Origin: an uncultured Planctomycetaceae bacterium
GTDB taxonomy: Bacteria > Planctomycetota > Planctomycetia > Planctomycetales > Planctomycetaceae
Assembly (NCBI GenBank): GCA_963976765.1
Contig: CAXBME010000002.1
Coordinates: 1 to 64,000 of the forward strand
Length of the DNA: 64,000 nt
Reading direction: 5' to 3'
Positions 1 to 9,662 of this stretch are shown piece after piece (within the stretch, counting starts at the first letter, position 1; the number at the start of each line of letters is the position of its first letter). The translations under genes and the position numbers were made by a program. The notes under the pieces were generated by a model. The model did not search any database. It saw only the letters and a program-made list of their open reading frames with translations, and was not told where the DNA came from.

Positions 1-52
1 GTTCTAGACCTGCCTCCTTTCACATATTTACCCAGGTATTGTCAACACGACC
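1..52. mobile_element. possible terminal inverted repeat/end of an IS5-like insertion sequence (partial, at window edge)
   Basis: The minus strand reads ...ACTA|GGTCGTGTTGACAATACC, which resembles IS5-family ends after a TA/CTAG target. It coincides with the premature end of the DUF1559 gene. No transposase is visible. Confidence 0.3.
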
Positions 53-1013
53 TAGTAATGGCTCCAAGGTTAACCCCTTGGTCATTATTTTCAGCAGCGC
101 CGGCATTGTCGTGTTCAATATTATCGCTGATGAACTTAACGGCCCCGTCGCACATCAGAAAATGTGCGCCACCGACATGCACACTACTGAAGCCGTCGGT
201 GCAACGATCGTTCCCTGTGTTGACCGGATCGTTGAGCACGGGCCGAGTCCTCGCGATGTGATAATCATTGCCGTGCGTTCCGTTTCCGTCCGGGTTTCGT
301 GCTCCCATCCATACTCCTGCACCGCAACGTTTTTCACGTTCGCCGACCATGAATACATTAGTCGTACCGTCGACAATGTCGCGAAACTTAACTTTGCTTC
401 CGTTGTAAAAGATGCCCAACGGCTGCCGATGATTCTGTTGGCGCGGCGCTCGCAAGTCGCCAGAGACACCCCCAGTTGAACCTGGGTAGTTCAATGTCGG
501 CGGTCGCCATCCATTTCCAATTGCTGACAAGCCATTGAATTGCGTGCGACGCATTCCGTTTTTTAATCGCGGTCCGGTTGTGTCACTCGGGCATTGATAA
601 ACTGCCAGCGGTGGAAAACTTTCGTCCAATGTGCCTGCGGCGTTAGCGGCAATCAACGCTTCATTCAAAGTTCGCCCGTTAAGGTCTAACTCTTCTGCCA
701 GAGCTGCCTGATCGATATGCCCCAGAATGAACGCCGACCAGCCCCATGACTCGTAGTTCGCCATTACCCGATTGTTATTGGCTCCTGTACGTCTTGGAGC
801 AGTACCGGGAGGAAGTACGCTGAAGACATCGTGGTAATTGTGAAGCCCAATGCCAATCTGCTTGAGGTTGCTCTTACACTGGCTTCGGCGAGCAGCCTCG
901 CGAGCCTGCTGAACAGCCGGCAGCAACAGTGCCACCAGAATCGCGATGATCGCAATGACGACCAGCAATTCAATCAGGGTAAATCCGCGTCGATGAGTAC
1001 GTGCAGCAGCCAT
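42..1013 (-). CDS. DUF1559 (SBP_bac_10) prepilin-type N-terminal cleavage/methylation domain protein, C-terminus apparently truncated
   Basis: [56 protein letters not shown] and [18 protein letters not shown] (H-X9-DG) motifs. Confidence 0.95.
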   Translation of the reverse strand: MAAARTHRRGFTLIELLVVIAIIAILVALLLPAVQQAREAARRSQCKSNLKQIGIGLHNYHDVFSVLPPGTAPRRTGANNNRVMANYESWGWSAFILGHIDQAALAEELDLNGRTLNEALIAANAAGTLDESFPPLAVYQCPSDTTGPRLKNGMRRTQFNGLSAIGNGWRPPTLNYPGSTGGVSGDLRAPRQQNHRQPLGIFYNGSKVKFRDIVDGTTNVFMVGEREKRCGAGVWMGARNPDGNGTHGNDYHIARTRPVLNDPVNTGNDRCTDGFSSVHVGGAHFLMCDGAVKFISDNIEHDNAGAAENNDQGVNLGAITRSC

Positions 1014-1242
1014 GAGTGCTCCTCCAGAACTGGAAATGAGAAAATGTCGCCAGCCATGATTGGGGCGAAAGCATTGTTCGAGGCAAGGACACCTCGAAAT
1101 AGACGTGATTATTGGGGAAACCCAATGAGATGAAACGGCGACCGTAACAGGTGAAATCTGTTGGTCAAGCGCGAAATCTGATCGCGAAGGCTGAAATTGC
1201 CAATAATTTCGCTATGCAATAAGGGCCTGAACAGCTTCAGGA

Positions 1243-2664
1243 TCAAGCCAGAATTCTATCCTGCACTTTTCCGTGGACATCGGTTAAACGGAAATCGCGG
1301 CCCTGAAAACGGACGGTCAGTCGTTCATGATCGATACCCAACAGATGCAGCATTGTGGCGTGCATATCGTGGACACTAACCACGTCTTCTACCGCGTTGT
1401 AGCCGAGTTCGTCGGTTGCTCCGTAAGTCATGCCGCCCTTCACGCCGCCACCGGCCATCCACATTGAGTAGCCTTTGATGTGGTGATCGCGACCGCTGCC
1501 TTGGGCCATCGGTGTCCGACCAAATTCGCTCGCCCAGATGATCAGCGTGTCTTTCAGCATGTCACGTTGTTTGAGGTCTTTGATCAGGGCAGCTGTGCCC
1601 TGATCGCAAAGCTTCGCCGTACCAGCCGACGCGTTCCTGATCCCGCCGTGGTGATCCCAGCCTCGGTGATAAAGCTGAATAAACCGCACGCCTCGTTCCG
1701 CCAGACGTCGAGCCAGCAGACAGTTTGCCGCGTAAGTGCCATCGGCCCCTTGCGTGCCGTAAGACTCAAGCGTCTCCTTTGACTCGTTCGAAAAGCCCAT
1801 CAGTTGCGGAACACTGGTCTGCATGCGGAACGCCAGTTCGTACTGCGCGATACGCGTTGCGATTTCAGGATCATCGACGGTTTCGTTGCGGATGCTGTTA
1901 AGCTGCTGAACGGCGTTGACCGTGTCTCGCTGCTGCTCGACCGAAATGCCCGGCGGATTCCTGACGTATAGAACCGGGTCGCCCTGCGAGTGAAACTGCA
2001 CTCCCTGAAATCGACTCTGTAAAAACCCGCTGTGCCACTGCCTCGCGGCGATCGGTTGATTCTGCCCGCCGCCGACAGAAGTCATTACCACAAAACCTGG
2101 CAGGTCGTCCGCTTCAGCTCCCAGTCCGTACAGCAACCAGGAGCCCATTGATGGACGACCGCTGATCGACGTCCCCGTATTCATGAATGTGTGTGCCGGA
2201 TCATGGTTGATGGCTTCGGTCCTGAGCGACCGGATGATGCACATTTCATCGGCGACGTCCGCCAGATGCGGAAAGATTGACGCCATCTCGATGCCGGACT
2301 CGCCACACTTCTTAAATGGATGCTGAGGGGCCAGGCACTTCAGCTGCTTACCCTGCAACTGAGCAATGGGCTGTCCCGTCGTGTACGAATCGGGCATCGG
2401 CTGACCGTCCATCTCGGCCAGCTTCGGCTTATGGTCAAATGTCTCCAGGTGCGAACTTCCTCCAGCCATACAGAGAAAAATCACCCGTTTCGCCTTCTGA
2501 GGCACGTGCAACTCTTTAAGCGCGCCCGTCCAATGATCAACCTTGTTTGTTGGCGTGGCCGCACTCGCCACCGACTGTTCCAGCATCGAAGCTAATGCGA
2601 ACGCCCCCAACCCCTGCGAAGCACGACCCAGAAATGCGCGGCGAGCGAGTGGTGAATTGAGCAT
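1243..2664 (-). CDS. DUF1501 domain protein (Tat-exported, alkaline-phosphatase/sulfatase-like fold)
   Basis: ARRAFLG twin-arginine signal; GGSSHLETFDHKP, GWDHH, SEFGRTP and GRDHH motifs. Confidence 0.92.
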   Translation of the reverse strand: MLNSPLARRAFLGRASQGLGAFALASMLEQSVASAATPTNKVDHWTGALKELHVPQKAKRVIFLCMAGGSSHLETFDHKPKLAEMDGQPMPDSYTTGQPIAQLQGKQLKCLAPQHPFKKCGESGIEMASIFPHLADVADEMCIIRSLRTEAINHDPAHTFMNTGTSISGRPSMGSWLLYGLGAEADDLPGFVVMTSVGGGQNQPIAARQWHSGFLQSRFQGVQFHSQGDPVLYVRNPPGISVEQQRDTVNAVQQLNSIRNETVDDPEIATRIAQYELAFRMQTSVPQLMGFSNESKETLESYGTQGADGTYAANCLLARRLAERGVRFIQLYHRGWDHHGGIRNASAGTAKLCDQGTAALIKDLKQRDMLKDTLIIWASEFGRTPMAQGSGRDHHIKGYSMWMAGGGVKGGMTYGATDELGYNAVEDVVSVHDMHATMLHLLGIDHERLTVRFQGRDFRLTDVHGKVQDRILA

Positions 2665-2775
2665 GAGGTTTTCCGATGCGGTTGTGAGTTTGTTCCAGCC
2701 TGCCTTCGCGCCGATTGATTTATTCGAAGAATGGCGATCACAGGTTGCAGAAACGGCCTCGCTATGTCCAGGGAA

Positions 2776-3888
2776 TCAACTTCGACGATCCTGTTCGGCT
2801 GGCTGACTTTGTTCGGGAAACTTCATTAATCGAATGACCGCGCTGCCACCGACGTATTCGCCGTCGTTAAGTGGCCTGCCGTTGCCATTTCGCGCCTCTG
2901 ACGTCAGGTGAGCGATACGCACCCCGTCGGGATGCAGGCTTAGACTGCGACCATTCGGAAGTTTTTTACTTGAGAAGAATTCCTTTTCATCTTCCGGACG
3001 CCAGAACCAGACATGCCCTTTTCCGGGAAAGGCGGATGAGGTTGCCATGACGAAACCGTCCGGGTGAAACCGAGCGTCGTAGGCAAATCCGTCCTGCGGG
3101 CCACCCATTGGCATCTCTCGAATCTGCTCGCCGCTCTCCCAGTCGAAGACGAGCAGGCAGGGAGTACCGGTTGCAAATCCGCCACCCGGGTCTTTTTGAC
3201 CGCCACAGACGAGGCGGCTGCCGGTTGCGTCGAACTCCAGATTTCGAACGCCACCACACTGCTGAATGCGGCCTTTGGTTTCGGCCTCATCCGCATACAA
3301 AGTAGACGCACTGAGCTGCCGGACTTCCTGACCACTGGAGACGTCCCATTCGCGGATCACTCCAGGAAGGTCACCCGAAACCAGCGACTTACCATTCGGA
3401 TGAAACCGCAGGCTGAAGACTCGATGCGGATGCGGAAACTCCTTCTGCAACGTGCCGTCTTCGGTTGACCAGAGTCGAACGACAGTGGCATTTCCACCGG
3501 TCGCGACAAGCTTTCCGTCGGGACTGACTGCGAGCGTTCGGATCCACCCTTCGTGAGCATTCGGCAGAGACCAGACGAGAGCCGGTTCAGACTCGGCGTA
3601 ATCCCAGCAGGCAAGCTGCCCCCAGGAATCGGCGGCGAGCAGTCGTTCGCTGTCTGGTTGGAAACCCATATCCTGGACCCAACCATTGTGGCCGATGAGC
3701 GGTTTCAACAGCTGCGGCTCTTCACCGGTAAGATCCCACCGTTGAATCGTCGCATCGTAACCGCAGGCTACGAGGTATCGGCCACAGGATGAGAACCGAG
3801 CCTGCCACAACTGACGTTCGTGCGTGATGACGACGTCAGTCTTGTCAGGGTTCAGTTCATAACGCTTGAGGAGTTCTTCAGGGGTCAT
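2776..3888 (-). CDS. WD40-repeat beta-propeller protein
   Basis: Repeats such as GHNGWV, AHEGWIRTLAVSPDG..VRLW, IQRWD and IREWD. Start placed at ATG 3888, just after the upstream stop at 3894. Confidence 0.9.
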   Translation of the reverse strand: MTPEELLKRYELNPDKTDVVITHERQLWQARFSSCGRYLVACGYDATIQRWDLTGEEPQLLKPLIGHNGWVQDMGFQPDSERLLAADSWGQLACWDYAESEPALVWSLPNAHEGWIRTLAVSPDGKLVATGGNATVVRLWSTEDGTLQKEFPHPHRVFSLRFHPNGKSLVSGDLPGVIREWDVSSGQEVRQLSASTLYADEAETKGRIQQCGGVRNLEFDATGSRLVCGGQKDPGGGFATGTPCLLVFDWESGEQIREMPMGGPQDGFAYDARFHPDGFVMATSSAFPGKGHVWFWRPEDEKEFFSSKKLPNGRSLSLHPDGVRIAHLTSEARNGNGRPLNDGEYVGGSAVIRLMKFPEQSQPAEQDRRS

Positions 3889-3893
3889 GAGTT

Positions 3894-5180
3894 TTATCCA
3901 AGGAGCTCTTCGATGGCGTGGCATTCTTCGTGGGCGACGGGCAGTGGCTGACCTTCGTTGACGTACTCCATCTTTTCTTCGGGAACGCCCAGCGCCCGGA
4001 ACCAGGTCTGGAAGAGGTGACCGATGTCGTATTCTTCGGACTCGACGAACGTGCCGAGCTTGTTTGTTTTTCCGACGACCTGGCCGCGTTTGATTCCGCC
4101 TCCGCCCATAGCGACGGACCAGGCTTCCGGCCAGTGGTCGCGTCCGACGTGAGAGTTGATCCTTGGCGTGCGACCAAATTCGCTGATGGCAATAACCAAA
4201 ACATTGTCGAGCATGTCGCGTTCGGCAAGATCCTCGAGCATCGCGGCGAATGGTTGATCGAACTGCGGAATGAGACTTTCGCAGGCGTTGAAGTTGTCGC
4301 CGTGGCTGTCCCAGTGGTACGAATTAACTTTCACAAACCGAACGCCCGCTTCCAGCAACCGGCGTCCCATCAGCATGTGACGGCCCAGGGCGTGTCTGCC
4401 GTAGCGGTCTTTGTCTCGTTCCGAAATTGTGGACTCATCGAACAGGTCCATCCGTTTCATCAGCGTGTCGGCGACGTCGAAGACGTAACTGTTCGCGTCA
4501 GCCCAGTCGCGCCGACGATCTTCCGTGAACCGCTCGTTGAACATTTTCCGCAGTTCGTTGCGGGCTTGATTCTGCTCAAGACTGACGGCTTCGTTCAACA
4601 ACAGATTTTCGGGCGGCTTTGCGTCACCGAATGCCAGTGCTCCGTACTTTGCAGGAAGGAAGCCCGTGTGTTCTGTTTTGAAGCCTCCGCTGTACGGCTT
4701 CACCCAGCAGTATGGAGGCAACCCCGTCGAGGTGGGGCCCAGAAGCTTAGCGACGGCTGATCCGAAATACGGATAAACGACTCCGCGATTCTTCGGGTCG
4801 CCACGATTAATGCGACCAACTCCCGCCGAATGACTGTTGTCCTGAGTGTGGACGCTTCTGACAATCGACAGGTGGTGCATCTGCTTTGCCGTATGAGGCA
4901 GCAGTTCGCCGACATGAATTCCGGGCACCGATGTAGGAATGGCTCGATACGGTCCTCCAAACTGAGTGTTCGGTTTTGGATCCCAGCTTTCGAGCTGACT
5001 CATTCCTCCATCCAGCCAGACGAACAGGACCTGCTTTTCGTTTTTCCGTAACTCTTCAGCGACAGACGGTTCGAGCAGGCCGCCGAGTCCGCCAACACCG
5101 GTCGCCGTCGCCGCGGCACCGAGAAGCCGGCGCCGTGAAAATGCATGGTCACTCGCTGAGCAGCAGGGCGATTTGTTCAT
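3894..5180 (-). CDS. DUF1501 domain protein
   Basis: FSRRRLLG Tat motif; GGMSQLESWDPKP, WDSH, SEFGRTP and GRDHW motifs. Start placed at ATG 5180 because the ORF extension crosses a heptamer-repeat spacer. Confidence 0.92.
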   Translation of the reverse strand: MNKSPCCSASDHAFSRRRLLGAAATATGVGGLGGLLEPSVAEELRKNEKQVLFVWLDGGMSQLESWDPKPNTQFGGPYRAIPTSVPGIHVGELLPHTAKQMHHLSIVRSVHTQDNSHSAGVGRINRGDPKNRGVVYPYFGSAVAKLLGPTSTGLPPYCWVKPYSGGFKTEHTGFLPAKYGALAFGDAKPPENLLLNEAVSLEQNQARNELRKMFNERFTEDRRRDWADANSYVFDVADTLMKRMDLFDESTISERDKDRYGRHALGRHMLMGRRLLEAGVRFVKVNSYHWDSHGDNFNACESLIPQFDQPFAAMLEDLAERDMLDNVLVIAISEFGRTPRINSHVGRDHWPEAWSVAMGGGGIKRGQVVGKTNKLGTFVESEEYDIGHLFQTWFRALGVPEEKMEYVNEGQPLPVAHEECHAIEELLG

Positions 5181-5187
5181 AGGAAAG

Positions 5188-5265
5188 GTGGTTGCTGAAT
5201 AGTGATTAGTGGTTGGTGACTGAAATTCCAATTGCCTGCCGCCAACGACCGACAACCAGCCACCA
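5188..5265. repeat. inverted pair of degenerate heptamer tandem arrays (STRR-like)
   Basis: GTGGTTG CTGAATA GTGATTA GTGGTTG GTGACTG followed by CTGCCGC CAACGAC CGACAAC CAGCCAC. Confidence 0.6.
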
Positions 5266-5269
5266 TTCG

Positions 5270-6865
5270 TCAATGATTCACGGCAAACTCGATCGAGGTC
5301 AGCATTGCCCAGGCAAGTTGAGACAACGCTTCCTCTTTGCGATCGACATTGTTTTTCAGGTAGTCATTGATCGTTGTTCGTTCGGTGTCGTCGGGCAGTC
5401 GGCAGAAGACGCTGAGAAACAGCTCGTCGGCGACCTGCTCATCCGGCAGGCTCGTCAGCGTTCCTATCAGATTTCCAGGCTGCGGTTTCAGCAGACTCAG
5501 CACTTTGGAATCGTTCAGCAGGAACAACGCCTGCTTGACCGCCGGCGTGTAGTCGACAGCTGGTTCCTTGGGTTCACTCGCGAAGGATGTCACAAAACCG
5601 GTCTGAAGTTCTTTGAATTCGTTGCTCGGCTTCTCGCCGTCTTTCGGAGCAAGGCGCTCGAGATTTCCGGTGGCCTGAAGAGTGCTCCAGAAAAGTTGCT
5701 CAGCGGTCAGACGTCGCTGATTACCCACCTGATAAGTTTCTCGCGGCGGCGCAGTCGGCGAGTTCAACCGACTGCTTCGTTGCCAGGTATCGCTCAGAGC
5801 GAGTTCGCGAATCATCCACCTGATGTCAAAGTCATGCGCCGCGAACTCGTCAGCTAGCAGTTCGAGCAGTTGCGGATGCGTGGCCTGATTCGCTGAATGA
5901 AACTGATCGAGCGGTTCGACCAGCCCTCGTCCCATCATGCAGAACCACAACCGGTTGACGATGTTCCGACGGAACAACTGGTTATCAGACGACGGCAGCG
6001 AATCGGCGATGACACTCAGAGCGCTGAAGGTCGGTGGGTCGTTGGGATCAGGACGCTTCTTTTTTGCGGTAGGGTCGACGGGAGGCGGCTCGGGAATTTC
6101 AAACTCTTTTCCAAACGGAATCCGTGGCCCCGTGTCGCCTTTCGCGCTGGCGTCGAACACCGAAACAAACTCCAGCTTCGCCGTCATCGTCTTCTCGTTG
6201 ATGGCCGGAAACTTCTCGCTGCGGATTGAGATATTCTGATAAACGGCGAACAACCCCTGGAAATCCCGCTGTTTATAGTCGTCGATGAAAAGGTGATCGT
6301 GGCATTCGGCACATTGAAGATCGATTCCCAGGAAAAGACGTCCAACATCTCGAGTCAGTCCGGGAAAATCCGTCGTCTGCTGTCCCGATTTCTCAAGCCG
6401 CCGCGTGTAGAAGTACGCCGCTCCTCGCAGAGACTCGTCTTCACGATCCGGATTCAGAATCTCTCGGACCATCTGGTCCCAGGATTTGTTCTGAGCGAAG
6501 CTTGTCTTCAGAAACCTCATCCAGTCTTCGTTGTCACCGCGGCGTTCCATCAACATGACGTGAAACAGGTTTGCCATGCGATCCGCGAACTCCGGCGACG
6601 CAAGCAGTCGATCGATCACTGCCACTCGCTTGTCCGGCGACGCATCTTCCAGAAACGACCGCGAGTCTGCCGCCGACGGAATGCGTCCTGCCAGGTCAAG
6701 ATTCACGCGACGAAAGTACTCTACGTCGTTCGACAGTGATGTCGGTTCGCCTTTGAAGTCAGCAGCGATGAGTTCATCAATGCGCTGATGAAGCGGCTCA
6801 GCCGCGAAGCCGTCGAAACTGCTCAACACCACGACAGCGCACGTCAGGAGTGCAGATCGAGCCAT
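5270..6865 (-). CDS. DUF1549/DUF1553 (PSCyt2/PSD1) domain protein with CxxCH motif
   Basis: Sec signal; YFRRVNLDLAGRIP, QCAECHDH, NIVNRLWFCMMGRGLVEP, THPQLLELLA and RRLTAEQL motifs; C-terminal EFAVNH. Confidence 0.93.
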   Translation of the reverse strand: MARSALLTCAVVVLSSFDGFAAEPLHQRIDELIAADFKGEPTSLSNDVEYFRRVNLDLAGRIPSAADSRSFLEDASPDKRVAVIDRLLASPEFADRMANLFHVMLMERRGDNEDWMRFLKTSFAQNKSWDQMVREILNPDREDESLRGAAYFYTRRLEKSGQQTTDFPGLTRDVGRLFLGIDLQCAECHDHLFIDDYKQRDFQGLFAVYQNISIRSEKFPAINEKTMTAKLEFVSVFDASAKGDTGPRIPFGKEFEIPEPPPVDPTAKKKRPDPNDPPTFSALSVIADSLPSSDNQLFRRNIVNRLWFCMMGRGLVEPLDQFHSANQATHPQLLELLADEFAAHDFDIRWMIRELALSDTWQRSSRLNSPTAPPRETYQVGNQRRLTAEQLFWSTLQATGNLERLAPKDGEKPSNEFKELQTGFVTSFASEPKEPAVDYTPAVKQALFLLNDSKVLSLLKPQPGNLIGTLTSLPDEQVADELFLSVFCRLPDDTERTTINDYLKNNVDRKEEALSQLAWAMLTSIEFAVNH

Positions 6866-6946
6866 TGGGGGGTTCTCAGACAGGGTGGGATGCTGGGGTG
6901 GGGAATGCTTCTGGAAACAGCATACGCCCCCCGAGCAGATTTGTCA

Positions 6947-9487
6947 TCAATGATCGCTGATGGGATTCTGCTCGCCGGCGATCGACCTGCGTGTCTCCAG
7001 ATTTACGGCTTCGTCCGCTATTTGCTGAAACTTCGCTTCGGCGCGATCATAGGCGGCACGTGCGGCCGGCCGTTCCGATTCGGAGATATATTTGCTGCGA
7101 AACTTCCACAACTCCTTGATGACTTCCCGGCACCAGCTCGCGCTGTCTGCTGATGCTCGGATTGGTTGCTCGTCAACGATGACGTTAACCGGGTTTGTGT
7201 GAAGCTGCGGAAAATGTCGAAGCGCGACCCAGCTGCTTTGCAGGATGCTCACCGGAAACTCGATGTCGTGGGGCTGTCCATCGGCAGGAACTTCAGTAAA
7301 CGCGACCGCTTCGCCATTGACGATGATCTCGACCTTCCGCTTCCCACCGTTGACGTAGTCCATCGATCGAGGCGCGTGAAGGTTCACGGTGTCTCCGACA
7401 ATCCTCCGCCCGGCGGAAGGCATGACGTTTCCATAGGCGACTCCGATCGGCGTTGCCGGAGCAAACGCGACGGTTGCCTGCACGCGGACCTTGCCGGCTT
7501 CCGACAACGTCACATCACCGAAGCCGGGGCGCTGTCGATCGACCGAAAAGTCCAGCGCGTGAGCGAAGCCATCGGAAACGTACGACTTGCCGGCGGCGAT
7601 ACCGCGGCACCAGTCTCCGAAGTCGAGTTGCCCGACCTTACCCAGCTGAACGTAGACTCGGCCCTGCCCGACCCGACGACTGCTCATGCAGGGAAAGTCG
7701 GTCTCGCCACTGAGCTTCAGGGGAAAGCCGCAATTCATCAGGTGGTACCAGGTGTTCCATTCTGGAATCCGTGCGGTGTCCATGGCACTGATGAAGTCGC
7801 ACACGCCTTCCGCCGTGCTGACGCAGATTTCGAGTGCCCCTCCGCCGTTCATGAACGGGATCGCCGTGTTCGGGAGCACGTTTGCGGCTCGTTCAACACT
7901 GCGCGACAGTTCGCCAAACGAGAGTTGCCTGTTACCGTCGGTGTCGATTTTTGCAAACGGCTCGGGCATCAGCGCCGTTTTCAGTTCGTCTTCGCTGAGC
8001 CCTTCGTTCGAGTCGGCGTCGTAGGTTTCGAGTAACCGCTTCCCTTCGTAGCCGGGGTTCACCTGCAACGCTGAGTGGGGGTAACCGGTGACGCCGCCCT
8101 GCTCCTTGCACCATTTCAAAACGGGAACGGTCCACGTTGGCCAGCCGTGATCGCTGGTCCCTTCCGAGCCGGGGTAAGTCTGGTTCTTCAGGTTGAGCAG
8201 GCAGACATGTCCGAGTGCCGCCGACCCGAACCCGCTGATTTCGAGGTCGTACTTCAGCAACGTCAACGCTTCGCTGACGGCGTCGGCCTCAGGGCTGAAG
8301 TAGTTCCGCTGGAAGTCGAAACACGGTCCCCATGTCAGAACGCAGCCAACGTTCAAGCCTTCGCCTTTGACCTGCAGAAACATGTCCTGCGGACTGACGC
8401 CCTTCGTTGGCGAGTCGTAATGCGAACACCCCGCCCCATGAATGTGATGGTCGCCGCAGAAGAATCCCTGGTTCATCGGGTTCACCCAGCGATTCATGCT
8501 CAATATCACCGGCGGATCGCTTGCATCCGTCACGGTGATTTTTTTTTGCTGAACGTAGTACTCCGGGCCGCGAGAGAATTCGATGTCGAACTCGCCCGGC
8601 GGCAGCAGCACGACGTCGCCATGGTTGCGATAGATCTGCGGCTGAAAAAAGAAGTCCGGCGCGAGCCGCTTGGCCTGCGACGGATAGATTCGGCCAGACG
8701 AGTCGCGAACGATCAGCCGACCGACCGTGGGCTGACCATCAACGTCGTAGATGGCAAGTTTGACGGGCACCGCCGGCTTCACGTCAAACAGGATCGGCAC
8801 TTCGCCACGAAAACCGATGTCCTGCGTTCCGGCGCCGACGTCGAATTCCAGAGTCGCTTCGCGCTTCCCAAACTCACTGGAGTAAACCAGCACGATGGCA
8901 TATTCGACTTCCAGTCCGCTGAGCTGTCTGGTCATCGGCGGTCGCTGAAACATCTCGACTGCCAGAAACCGATCCGTTTGGCCGTTGGGATCTTCGCCGT
9001 CGTTGAGTTCTGTTTGTACTTGTCTTTGCAGAATGGCTTCCGCCGCGCCCGAGTAAACTGGTCCAGCCTGAGGGCTGCGAACCCGCAACTGACTGGCGAC
9101 CGTGCTGTGGTTGACCACTTTGATCAGCAACGGAATAAACCCACTCTGTTGAATACTCGCCGCTCCGGGCCCTCGGTCGACTTTCACGCGGACTTCGGGA
9201 TTCAACGACACGACCGCGATGACGAGCGGGTCGAGTAATTTCTGAATGGCCCTGGCGTCACGCTCTTTCTGCGCTGCGGTGAGCTGTTGAGACAGTTCGC
9301 CGGGTAATGGCTGCCCGAGAAACTCCAGCGCCTCAACCAGCCGACCAGCATTCGCTGCCAGCGGTTGCCCTTCGACCGGTTCGTACGGAAGTTCGGACGC
9401 ACCGATGTGCGAACTTCCGCACCAGGCCGAAAGAAGCAGTTGGAGAAAGAGAAGAAGTGCGGCCGAAGGAAGGTGTCGCATCGTCAT
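6947..9487 (-). CDS. secreted CehA/McbA-family (PHP-like) metallohydrolase with an EF-hand pair
   Basis: Signal peptide; GDHHIH, GHVCLL, GYPH, WYHLMNCGFPLKLSGETDFPC, GRVYV and HTNPV motifs; DADSNEGLSEDE and DTDGNRQLSFGE loops. Confidence 0.8.
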   Translation of the reverse strand: MTMRHLPSAALLLFLQLLLSAWCGSSHIGASELPYEPVEGQPLAANAGRLVEALEFLGQPLPGELSQQLTAAQKERDARAIQKLLDPLVIAVVSLNPEVRVKVDRGPGAASIQQSGFIPLLIKVVNHSTVASQLRVRSPQAGPVYSGAAEAILQRQVQTELNDGEDPNGQTDRFLAVEMFQRPPMTRQLSGLEVEYAIVLVYSSEFGKREATLEFDVGAGTQDIGFRGEVPILFDVKPAVPVKLAIYDVDGQPTVGRLIVRDSSGRIYPSQAKRLAPDFFFQPQIYRNHGDVVLLPPGEFDIEFSRGPEYYVQQKKITVTDASDPPVILSMNRWVNPMNQGFFCGDHHIHGAGCSHYDSPTKGVSPQDMFLQVKGEGLNVGCVLTWGPCFDFQRNYFSPEADAVSEALTLLKYDLEISGFGSAALGHVCLLNLKNQTYPGSEGTSDHGWPTWTVPVLKWCKEQGGVTGYPHSALQVNPGYEGKRLLETYDADSNEGLSEDELKTALMPEPFAKIDTDGNRQLSFGELSRSVERAANVLPNTAIPFMNGGGALEICVSTAEGVCDFISAMDTARIPEWNTWYHLMNCGFPLKLSGETDFPCMSSRRVGQGRVYVQLGKVGQLDFGDWCRGIAAGKSYVSDGFAHALDFSVDRQRPGFGDVTLSEAGKVRVQATVAFAPATPIGVAYGNVMPSAGRRIVGDTVNLHAPRSMDYVNGGKRKVEIIVNGEAVAFTEVPADGQPHDIEFPVSILQSSWVALRHFPQLHTNPVNVIVDEQPIRASADSASWCREVIKELWKFRSKYISESERPAARAAYDRAEAKFQQIADEAVNLETRRSIAGEQNPISDH

Positions 9488-9662
9488 TAACTCCGAGGCA
9501 GAACGGGATTCCTGATTCAGAATGTGGCCCGACGCGCAGCCGGTCGGGTGCACGGTGCCAAGGTGCCAACTCTGAGAAGTCGCCGCAAGGGTCTGCAGAG
9601 GCACCGTAAAGGCCACATCCCTTGCCGGCAATTGCCGGCGTGAGTCTGTCGCTCGACGCGGC

